Assembly (NCBI GenBank): GCA_964304625.1
Contig: OZ199840.1
Location: forward strand, 4,887,200-4,951,199
Reading direction: 5' to 3'
DNA: 64,000 nucleotides
Source: Kudoa neothunni
Lineage: Eukaryota > Animalia > Cnidaria
Numbering within the stretch: position 1 is the first letter of the stretch; every line of letters begins with the position of its first letter. This document shows positions 53,371 to 64,000 of this stretch, piece after piece. The notes below the pieces were generated by a model. It was given only the letters and a program-made list of their open reading frames with translations. It searched no databases and was not told where the DNA came from. The position numbers and the translations under genes were made by a program.

Positions 53371-53799
53371 TGAAGAAATGTATTAAAATAATAAAAATCG
53401 TTGTACTTAATGTTAATAACAATTATTTACGTTGTTTTTAAAATTTTAAATATAATAAATTTGATAAAAATAAATCAATGATGCATTTTTGTGAATTTTA
53501 TTTTCGCAAATGCGAAGAACAGGAATAATTATGCTTGTATGTATTTTGAAAAGCGTGAAAAATTATAAATGAACTGTTTTATTATTATTATTTAACAGCT
53601 AAGGTTTTGTTTTTTCATCAAAATCCATGATTTTATTATGATATCTGTTCCACTGTTGACAGAAATATGTTAAACATATAAATTCGTACTTTATAAATTG
53701 AAATTTAGCATTATAAATTAATTTATGAATAAAAAATATATATAGAGTGTAAGGATTTTTAGATTTTGAATGTTTGAGTTATGATAAGATGGTCTAAAT

Positions 53800-55301
53800 C
53801 AATGTTTCCCTACAAATTTTACACTCGTACATCCATGCTAACCTCCGCTCACTTCTCACTCCCTCCTCCGTGTGAAAGTGTAAGCTTAGTTTTATGTATT
53901 ATTTAAAAGCGAAAATAATAATAATACCACTAAAAACGTTATTAAATTATATTTTTTATTATTTTTAATGATATTTGAACTTAGTAGTTTCCCAAGTTAT
54001 TTTTGAAATGCATTAATTAAAACAAAGTTGGTTTAGTTAACTCAATTTTCTATGCACAATTAAAAAAGAAAAAACATCCTTGTTCGCCTTATGACTTAAC
54101 ACTCAACGATTGAAGCTATTATTTATTTCTGCCTGAAAGTACCACTTTTGTGTAGAGTAAAAAACAATTCTAATTAAAAAATGTTATTATAATTATTTAA
54201 TAGCATTAGAAACAACAAATTTATATAAAAGTAATACTGGATTATACTATAAAAAGTTATAGTCACTAGATTAAATTCTGTAATTAAAGGAGCAATTTAA
54301 ATAGGCCAAATAATTATAACAAATTCATATAGTTCATAAAATATCACCATTTCAAAATAAAATATTTTTTGATATTTTATTGAAGTGGCGGCTTTCTCGC
54401 TCTCGCCGGTTTTTAATAAGTAATTCAAAGCGTTGCACACTGTTGGTAAATGATACATGCAAATCGTCTGGGTGGGTTCGGAGGAATTCCGATATTTTTT
54501 ATTTGTATACAATAAAGTCGAGGAGTCAGTCTCAAATACCATATTGTGCGGAAAAAAACTTGCGAATTCCATACTCTATATTAAGTTAGATTTTAATTTA
54601 AACGTTGAGGCAATGGGTTTAGAAAAATCCAGAAAATTTAAAATAGATACCTTCTTAATGTAACTGAGTAAAAATAACTAATTGTTCTATTAAAATTGAC
54701 ATTCGTTTATTTAAGTGTATAAATAAATTCTCTGATTATTGTTGAACTCAAATTTTTAAAGATAATATAGTTAAAATTCATATCAGAAGGCAGGTACAAA
54801 TTCGAGCATAAAACTTAATATGGATTATAATAAAGAATACACAATTAAATGTTGTATCTCAAATTTAGACAGAAGACAAAATTTAAACCACATCATAACT
54901 TTATTTTTAAGGATACAGATAATTTCTAAGTAGATAAAAATGTTGACAACCTAATTACAACTTAAGCATATAAATACGCTACACTATAAGATAACACAGA
55001 TACGATTTTACGTGAAATAACGAGTGATAGACTTTGTAGATTGAATAAACTTAATATAAACCATTACTTTATTGACGCATTTCGTAGAAATAAACAAAAT
55101 GAACGATACATTAAATAAATTTTCATATCTCATTTTCTGAATAGAAACCAATAGATAATAAAACAACCAATAATATTATTGCACGCATTACGTCCTTACA
55201 TGATTTAAACGGGCACTAACGAAAACTCACAATAAATAAATTATGATTAATTCTTAAATTTACTCTCGAATGATAACCGCACCCATTTTAGGGAAACATT
55301 G
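53800..55301. mobile_element. Non-autonomous hAT element
   Basis: TIR CAATGTTTCCCTA and perfect 8-bp TSD GTCTAAAT (53792-53799, 55302-55309) with the central TA of Buster-type targets. Confidence 0.88.
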
Positions 55302-55590
55302 GTCTAAATTAAACTCTAAACAACTATATTTAATTCACTCCTTTTTGTTGATGTGTAATTGAACGAAATTATTATAATATGAATAATTCACATTACAAAT
55401 TAAATTAGTTAACAGAAAAAAGTTGTTGTAGAAACGAAAAAATAAATTTACAATTCTTATTTTACTGCAGAAAAGTTTTTTTATACAATAGCTAATCGAT
55501 TTTACGCAGTTTTCGACTAAAACCTTAATTTTCTAAATCCACTGATTTGATTACATTCATAATATTATCTTTTTATATATCAAATCCTTT

Positions 55591-56022
55591 GTCTGTTAGT
55601 GTGTCTGTCAGTGTGTCTGTCAGTGTGTCTGTCAGTGTGTCTATCTGTGTGTCTATCTGTGTGTCTATCTGTGTGTCTATCTGTGTGTCTATCTGTGTGT
55701 CTATCTGTGTGTCTATCTGTGTGTCTATCTGTGTGTCTATCTGTGTGTCTATCTGTGTGTCTATCTGTGTGTCTATCTGTGTGTCTATCTGTGTGTCTAT
55801 CTGTGTGTCTATCTGTGTGTCTATCTGTGTGTCTATCTGTGTGTCTATCTGTGTGTCTATCTGTGTGTCTATCTGTGTGTCTATCTGTGTGTCTATCTGT
55901 GTGTCTATCTGTGTGTCTGTCAGTGTGTCTGTCAGTGTGTCTGTCAGTGTGTCTGTCAGTGTGTCTGTCAGTGTGTCTGTCAGTGTGTCTGTCAGTGTGT
56001 CTGTCAGTGTGTCTATTTGTGT
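55591..56022. repeat. 12-bp unit satellite
   Basis: GTGTCTATCTGT units in the middle, flanked on both sides by GTGTCTGTCAGT units. Confidence 0.97.
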
Positions 56023-57739
56023 GTGTGCCCAGGGCTGCCTGGGCTTGGGTTTTTCCTCAAGATCTTGCGGTTTTTATTGAAAACCTGTAAATACTGAATA
56101 CAGTAGATGACAGGTCATTCGAAACTTTTGGAAGATACACGCGCTTCATTGTTTCAAATCATACAGGGTAGATGGAGTTGATAATTAATAAAATTTACTT
56201 TTTGTAAAAATATTCCATAACTTTAGTATTTTCTGTGTTTGTATAATTATTTAATATACTTCGTATTTAATATCCTAAAGTATATCCGTATTTATTCGAA
56301 TCGTGCTCGATAAGGTATTGCTTAAGTTTGCCAAAATAAAATAGGACAGTTCTAGAAATTAACATTAATATTTTTTTATATTTGAAATAATAAATATCCT
56401 CTTTGATTTCAATTTCTGTGGCATCATCTGGATATTCATTAACTTTATGATATTTTCACGTTTGTCTGAAAGTTAGTCATTTCCAATAACCACAACGTTC
56501 GATATTATTTCATCATTGTTCATTTCATTTATCACATTAAAAAAACGGTATTCTAAATTTTAATCTTCGTTTTTATCAAAATTATCATAAATAATAGAAA
56601 TATTTTTTATTAGATTTCGCCATAACAAAACAATTAAAAATAGTTGATTTAGCAATCGAGTCTCAAGAATTTGCAATCAATAAAGTGCATTCAAAATATT
56701 AGGAGATAAATGTTCCATCGAAGCTTTGGTGGGAGAAATGTGGAGTTATATCGTATATACTTTATAGTGGAATTTAAACGAGTATATTATACTCTTATGT
56801 ATGGGTCGAAGAGCACTCGGAGTGTTTTTGGGAAGAATAATTAGTTTAATATTTGAATATTCCAATTTTACATGACAGCTTACTTTGTCTAAAGCCAAAA
56901 ATTATTATTTTTTTAAGTATGCCGTATTTTCTAAAACAAACCTGCACTTAAATGCGCTAATTAATTAATTCTTTTTATTTCAAACAAAACAATGTAGATA
57001 AGAGTGATGTATTGCTAAGTTTTGTAGTTCTTGATTTTACCTCTGCTTTTAATAGACTGTCAAAGTAATTGATTATTTTTTATTTTTCAGAAATTGATCT
57101 AACGTTGTTTTGTATTTTTATCTTCAATCAATAGTTTATATAAAAAAATCTAGACACTTGTTCACCCGAAAAGTTATGAACCACACGTCAGTCAATAAAA
57201 ATAAGGGAAACTTACCAAAATTTAATTAACAGACAGCTAATAATTTTTCCACTTAGTGTGTTTACTCTAATGTGTATTTTGAGGTAAAATTTAATAATTC
57301 ATTTTTTTATAATTTCTAATTTTTACATATGTTTGAAAGTTACGAACCACCCGTCATCGACTGTAATAACACAAGTTTTTTTATATGCGGCATTAATATG
57401 TATATTTTGATTAACACATTCTCTTCAAATTATATCATGCAGGATTTAAACATTTACGATATTTAATGACAGCACTTTTGATTATTTAATGTGGCACAAC
57501 TAAATAATTACTCGGTAAACGTTGTCGCAGGTTATTAGAAAATTTAAACGTTATTTCAAAATATATTAAGAATTACGAAGTAATTAATTAATTTTGAGAA
57601 CATTGATTTATACTAGACTAGACATTAAGTACGAATGAGTGTTTGCGATAATATACTTTCTGTGTCGAGAGTTTAATAATGTTTATGACTTGATAAGTAA
57701 ATTTTAAAAATTCTATTAATGGTTTAAAATATGAGAAAA

Positions 57740-58432
57740 GTATATGTTTTCATCATTAATAGCGAATTGGTAGAGCATGCTATAATAGGATAGTTTGAAG
57801 CGTTATAATTTATAATGTGAGCGCTGGGTCCGTGGTTTTTATTGAAACCGTCCTCTATTTTGAACTTCCAGTGATTAAATTCAATGCAGATGGTTGTACT
57901 CTTAATTCATCTAATTATATAAATTAATTATGCTGATATTGAAGCGGTTTTTAGTTGTTTGATTTTTAAAAGTGCACTAATGTTTATGCCGAGCTAAACG
58001 ATGCTAATTTTAGCAATATCAATTAATTTCAATACGTGTTCTTCTATCTCTATTACATTATCTATTTGTTTATCTCTTAAAAAGTCGAATTCTGGCCTGG
58101 CTCGGTAACTGTGTGCACCACTAACTTTTTAAGAGATAGAAGAAAACTTATGAAAATTAATCGATATTGCAAAAATTAGCATCGTTTAGCTCGGCATAAA
58201 CATTCATGCGCTTTATATCATAAACAGCCACAAATCGCGTCGACTTCAACATAAACAGTTTAGATAATTTGGTGAAATAAAAGTACAACTATCCGCATTG
58301 AATCTAATCACGTAAAGTAAAACTTAGTGGACAATTTAATGAAACCTATGAACGCAGTATTTCCATTATAACGCTTCAATCAATGTAACTTTAACGTTCT
58401 CCGCGAATTCGTTATTTATGAGACATATACGT
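57740..58432. repeat. Long fold-back inverted repeat
   Basis: Arms about 57740-58086 and 58125-58432, for example AATGTTTATGCCGAGCTAAACGATGCTAATTTT versus AAAATTAGCATCGTTTAGCTCGGCATAAACATT. Spacer about 40 nt. Confidence 0.85.
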
Positions 58433-58825
58433 TAAAACTTAAAACTCCGCAAATAAAGAGTGTGTTTAAACAGACACCCAAATAGAAACTCCAACCTTAT
58501 ATATAAAGATAGATAGACGCAGTCAATGAACATATGATGGAGCATATAAAAGAGATAGTTAACTTCAACCGGCCATAACCATGACATAAGCAAGCGCTAA
58601 TCCTATGGTTGAACTCATGTAATCCGAAAAACAAACTTTGAATCGACAAAATCACTATTTTATAAATACTTTTTGGAAACTATAGTCGTCCAAAAACAAT
58701 TAAACGACTTTTTTAAACATTACAAATTTATAAAAATTTTATATATGGTTTTCTATAACGAAAAAATTATCTGCACATGTGTACTTAGTGGCATACACAT
58801 ACTAAACAAATATACCGACAGTCCT

Positions 58826-58863
<38 letters not shown>

Positions 58864-60119
58864 GATTAAGAAATTTTTCAATGTTTAATACTCCCAAACA
58901 ACGCTGGGCAGTTCGCGTCAGTTGTAAATAATTTAGACATAAAGAACAGTTAATTATTTTCTATTATTTAAAAATATGCAAATGAAATCTGATAAATCTT
59001 GCACAGTTTGCGATTAAGATCTCGTAAATATTTGTGGTTTGAAAACTCTGAACACAAGAATATTGGATTGATTTCCTTATGTAAAATAAATTTGGATTCA
59101 TTCAAAAGAAATATTCTGAAAAAGGTTCAAATAACGATTGTTATGCTATAGTTTCTAATTGATTTTAAACGATTAAATGTGTAATAGAAAATAAAGGAGT
59201 TCAATTAAAAAAATTATTACTCTGATGGGCTTTTATGATTATAGGTCTCGCTTCGATTTAAAAATGGTTAAATTTCTTCGGTGACCAATATACACCCGAA
59301 ACTCTTGTTATTACTGGTAGAACAAATTGATTGACAAAGCTGCAAGATCTCCATCTCTTTCTCCTAGCGGTCTTATTTGCGCAATTTATATAAAATTACA
59401 TTAATCAATCAACAATGTCATATTACTTGAACATGTACACATATTCTAAGATAATTTTTAATTACCGCCGTGGATCCAATTTACACCTAGAAAATAGAAA
59501 AGAGATCTAAAATGGTTAATGAGTGAATTTTAAATGTCCATTTCTAGGAGTTGTTCAGACTGTCCTTTAATTTGTCATCAAAAAAATTAACGATTATTCC
59601 ACGACAATAAAAATGCACTCATCCAATTCGAGTAGAATAAGCATGAGAGAGTGAAGATTAAACATTAAAAATATATCAAATTTTTTAAAATAATAATGTC
59701 AAAAGTACTGTCAACAATTTATACGTATATGTGTATCTCCGTAGCTCGACTATTAATCATGAAAATAAATTACACAGCACCACTCCCGTATTTTCAGAAC
59801 AATCAGAAAGTTAACTCCCATCTCTCAATAAACGAATAATTTATTTCCCAACGTCCAACTACAAAAGTATTTCGGTTAGAAACCGCATTATTGAAAATGA
59901 TAACGGTCAAAAAGCATAAAGACATTTCTCGAGAACAATAATTGTGAACTTTATTATATTACTTCAATACAAAATATTCAAATTGTCTTTGAACACTTCA
60001 AAAATTAAGTAGAATCGATTAACTTTATCAACTGTGTGAAACAAATTGTTTCAGCGTCAAAAAAAACCAATAATAAAACTCATTTAATAATTTAAAAAAA
60101 GCATACTACACTAAAAAAT

Positions 60120-60461
60120 CTAATACACAACTACCAAACTATAGGTCAATGTCCAGAAAAATACAAACGTAATCAGCTGTGATATGAGATCATTTAGAAA
60201 TAACACGTGGAGCGAGGAGAAATATTTTCCATGTCGAAATCCACATTTGGCAAGAACCATGGCCGAAGATAACAGCGACACAATAAGATACATCAATAGA
60301 CCTTCAAAGTTGATGAGGCCCAACGAACCGCATAAAATTCCAGCGACAACCGCACTCACAATTCGAATAGTTCGTAGCAATTTAACATTTGAAACAGCAT
60401 GTTCACTGTTATACTGTTGTGAATCGATAAGTTTTGATAGTTGTTTCAAGTTGGAGGACAT
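60120..60461 (-). CDS. EMC6: ER membrane protein complex subunit 6
   Basis: 113 aa, intronless. Motifs R..SAVVAGILCGSLGL..FEG, KYF and C-terminal LITFVFFWTLTYSLVVVY match the EMC6/Rab5ip family. First ATG at 60461. Confidence 0.9.
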   Translation of the reverse strand: MSSNLKQLSKLIDSQQYNSEHAVSNVKLLRTIRIVSAVVAGILCGSLGLINFEGLLMYLIVSLLSSAMVLAKCGFRHGKYFSSLHVLFLNDLISQLITFVFFWTLTYSLVVVY

Positions 60462-61684
60462 TTTCACGCAAGTGGAACGTGTAATTTTGGCTGGGTTAGC
60501 GCACGCAGAGATTCATTTTAAATGCGCCGACACAAACATATTGTTATCAAACAAGTATCGACTGATTGCCGCCAAAAAAATTACTGCAGCAGATTACATG
60601 CATTCCAATATCACCCATACAACAATCACCCAGACAAATTCAAATGAATCCCCTAATCATAAAATCCGATAACTAATCCGTTTCTTGTGGAATTATGTAT
60701 AAATGTGATTTAAATTCGAAAATTTTATTATCCACCGAAAAATTCTGTTTTTTATTTTAATGTAACATCGAGCGACACATTGAAAGTAGACTCGTATTTG
60801 AAAGGCGGTTCTACATATGGTTTGCGATAAGTGTCGAGTATTGCCGAATTGATAGCATCATTATTAGCAACTGGGTTACCTCTATAGGATTAAAGACGAA
60901 TCGAAAATAGTTGCTCGTATTTGCTTGGAATAATAGGTACGATTATTATTAGCCACGATTGATATTGATTATTATTTGAATGGTTTAATTCATTATACAC
61001 ATAAAATCCAATATGTCCTATTGAATATTGTCCTTACATCTATTAAATATTATTAGGTGTGATTCCATTCAATTAGAATATCTATTAAGTGCTTTCTAAT
61101 TCATTTTAATTTGTTATTAGGGTAAGTATTTGCGTCAGCAACCTAAAATTTTTCCATCCAATTACACACCTCTACCACATTACTATATTGGTTTATTGCT
61201 GCTGCTACTGCTACTGCTACTGCTGTTGTTGGACTCGTTGATCAATTATCACCACCCTCGTATTGTTGTTATTTATTACAAAGTGAGTTGGATTTATTTG
61301 TTTGGGATGCCGGTAATGTTAGCACACCACGACAACTTAATGTATGCGATGAGATTGTGGGATTTCTCCCACCAAATCTCACCACATAAAGTGTATTGGT
61401 TGTTTGTTGGCACTCCATTTTGTATCTTTTAAAGCGACATTCTAATGGGAATTAGAGTTGATGAATTTTTGGTGGGATATTAATTTTTTTTAATTTCTAG
61501 ATCAAAATCAACTGTTGTGTGTGATCATTTGCTGTTGTTATTGATCGTTTAATATTGGCTATCATTGGTCGACTACAATTTGATGGCAGGAATACGTATG
61601 ATATATGAGGAGGTTGTGTTGTGTTGATCGAGCTGATTTGTAGCAACTCATATTATTTGTGTGTTGAGAGGGGCACCACCAAAC

Positions 61685-62888
61685 ATGTACGAAAATGTGG
61701 TGCTTGAGGAAACAGTACGAATTTCGAATGGAGCATTTGGAGTGGTTTATTCGAGCAAATTGTACAGACAATTAGTCGACAAGCCGATCACTTACACCCC
61801 GTCATCAAACTGCAGTGGAGCGCTAGGTAATTTTTCGGTTGGTTGTGATGTAGATGTGGTTACAGGTGATTGTGTTGTAGCTGCTGTACCAGATGGAAAC
61901 AACAGAGTAATGAACGAAGACAATACACCGTTATCACTCATCGAATTCCGATCCAGCTGTACAGATTACCATTGTGTCGCTATCAAAAAAGTACATCAAG
62001 ATGAACGTTACAAGAATCGTGAGCTTCAAATACTGAAATCCCTCAGCCATCGTAACGTAATCAAACTGCAGTATTATTTTAAAATGGAAGAAAAGGTACG
62101 TATTTCGAATTTTCACACACACACACACACCAGTGTTTATCCATTCACAATATTGATATCTATATAAGTTGATGTGTATATTTGAGTAGGGGGGTAAATC
62201 ATTTGTGTCTTATTTTCGATTACTTCCCATTGACAATCGCACAATTCTATCGTGAAGCTCACCAACGCAATCAATGCTCACCCGAACGAATCAAAGCCAT
62301 TGTGTACCAAATTTTTCTCGGTCTACAATACGTACATTCATTGAGCATATGCCATCGAGATATTAAACCCCAAAATCTGCTGTACAATCCACTAAAAGGG
62401 CTGGTTCAAATCGCCGATTTCGGCAGTGCCAAACAACTGATTCCAGGACAGAAAAGCGTGTCTACATCTGTTCGAGACACTACCGAGCCCCCGAACTCAT
62501 CTTTGGGTTGACCAACTACAGCTGTAGTATCGATATATGGGCTGTGGGTTGTGTGATGGCGGAGATTATCATTTGTAGACCGATTTTTCCTGGAGATAGT
62601 AATGTCGGCCAACTCACTGAAATCATTCGCATAATTGGTAATCCTTCTGATACCGATCTCATGGAAATGAACCCTGATCACCAACCCAATATCAATCTTC
62701 AAGTGAAACCTGTCACCCTCGCCAAACTCATCCCACAACCTCAATGGCATTCCGCTGTTGATTTTCTCAACGACCTCCTTGTGTACAGTCCCTACAAGAG
62801 AATCACCAGTGATTCTGCTGTGTCGCACCCCTATTTTGCTGATGTCAACGAAAAAGCTGCATTTGGCACTCTATCACCCATACATTAG
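61685..62888 (+). CDS. GSK3: Divergent glycogen synthase kinase-3-like kinase
   Basis: [46 protein letters not shown], (S)[30 protein letters not shown]. Intron 62096-62189. 1-nt frame problems at the G-run 62190-62194 and at about 62462. Confidence 0.9.
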
Positions 62889-63362
62889 TGCGCGCTTTTT
62901 TTGCCATAATTTAATCGATGGCATCATTGTCACACTTTGTATATTGATGTATTGGTTGTTACAATTACACGAACAATAACCCTCCAATTCAGACTACAAT
63001 CATTCCCTCATTCAAAATATAACGTTTACTACTCTTGACAAGTATTTTCTCTAATTATTCTGGTTGGTCTCGCAAAATTTAATTGGTTTTCCATTAGATT
63101 TACTTTTTATTGATATGGTTAGATCTACTTTGATTATTTTGTATAGATATTTTTAATTATTATACCTATTTGCGTTTCTATCATTATTTTTCTTCACACC
63201 TTGTGATATTGATATTTATTAGCTGGTGTTTTTGCTGGGGTGCAAATTTATAATGACTCTCTTGCTATTCTAATCTATAAATATTCTGTGTACACCAGTC
63301 ACCAGTGTTTACCAACCCCCCAATCGTGGGTTTTGTGTGGATCATGGAAAATTTATTGCTAA

Positions 63363-64000
63363 CTAGAGAGAGCATAAACTCCACCTCACGTAGGCGTCCT
63401 TGCACGGCCAAGTTGACTAGAGCCTTGAAAAGGCAGGTAGGTAGGTAGGTCATTTTGAGTTTAAAGTTAATTAACAGTATTTGGACAAATAGAACAAGGA
63501 TTACACAAAAAATGATTTATTTATTTAACTAACATAAAAATAAACATTTATTAATTAGTTTTTGGTTATAAATTGTAATATTACAACATATATTTATAAT
63601 CTACTGAAATACCTAACTTTGATATGTGAATATATGATCGAATATGTGATCTACCTAGGTTTCTTGACCGTTAATTGTTACGTTTTACGTAGTACGTTTA
63701 AAGAAAGTAAACACAAATATCACTTGAGTTTGCTTTAATCTATTTTAATTTTGTAACTCATTAATATATAAAACGCGGCAACCAATGAGTTATCTGATTG
63801 GTCTCTGTTAGTCATTATAGACAGATTGTGGTGTAATCAATGTAAATAACTATGTTTAACACAAAACGTTAAAGGATTTTAAACTTTTTCTAAATAAAAT
63901 GGAAAACTACACGTGAATCCGAATATGAATACGCGTGGCTTAGGATTTTAAAGTTATTTTTTGATATAAAGAAATATGATAAAATTTTGAAGAGAAATCA
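63363..64000 (-). mobile_element. Helitron 3' portion, same family as 8073-10402, running off the window
   Basis: Colinear similarity to 8090-8546 joined to 9615-9745. Ends CTCTCTAG|T on the minus strand. Confidence 0.8.

Larger units (their letters stand above)
55568..58921 (+). mobile_element. Probable non-autonomous Helitron
   Basis: A|TCTTTTTATATATC start followed by an expanded GTCT-type satellite. Candidate 3' hairpin CCCAAACAACGCTGGG then GCGTCAG|T (degenerate CTAG). Confidence 0.55.

Noticed and set aside
55547-56090. ORFs of VSIC and CLSV repeats
   Set aside because: Translations of a stop-free 12-bp satellite with non-ATG starts and no coding context.
60184-60672. 162-aa plus-strand ORF
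   Set aside because: Overlaps EMC6 antisense and has no recognisable motifs.
61130-61432. Poly-Leu ORF upstream of GSK3
   Set aside because: TTG start, and the hydrophobic run comes from a CTG/CTA microsatellite. Probably UTR or promoter, though an upstream exon cannot be excluded.
62455-62470. Programmed frameshift or RNA editing in GSK3
   Set aside because: One missing base in GTG TC- TAC with no slippery site. Similar 1-nt indels occur across the window, so assembly error is simpler.

Overview
AT-rich eukaryotic DNA with tiny GT-AG introns (mostly about 39-47 nt). This fits a compact-genome animal parasite such as a myxozoan or mesozoan, but the taxon is inference only. The first 43 kb hold five paralogues (4831-7765, 10485-13493, 22112-25030, 28260-31110, 39893-42989) of a 10-exon gene that the ORF track only shows in fragments. 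It encodes a roughly 820-aa type I membrane protein: signal peptide, variable Pro/Thr/Ala stalk, about seven Cys-rich FN3-like modules split by phase-1 introns, two micro-exons, one TM helix and an invariant KKKN tail. The four close copies are patchworks of one another, with relationships switching exon by exon and within exons, while their flanks have diverged. This looks like a surface-antigen or recognition family diversified by gene conversion. The divergent copy carries a near-perfect 157-bp hairpin over its first splice acceptor. The spacers are packed with nested transposons whose ends and TSDs can be read directly (Merlin, MULE, piggyBac, hAT, Tc1/IS630, pogo, Helitron, tRNA-derived SINE). 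The right part holds a CAP + tectonin-like + CBM14 + PA14 secreted protein gene, EMC6 and a divergent GSK3-like kinase. Single-base indels, mostly in homopolymers and even in GSK3, suggest assembly errors, so pseudogene calls are uncertain.
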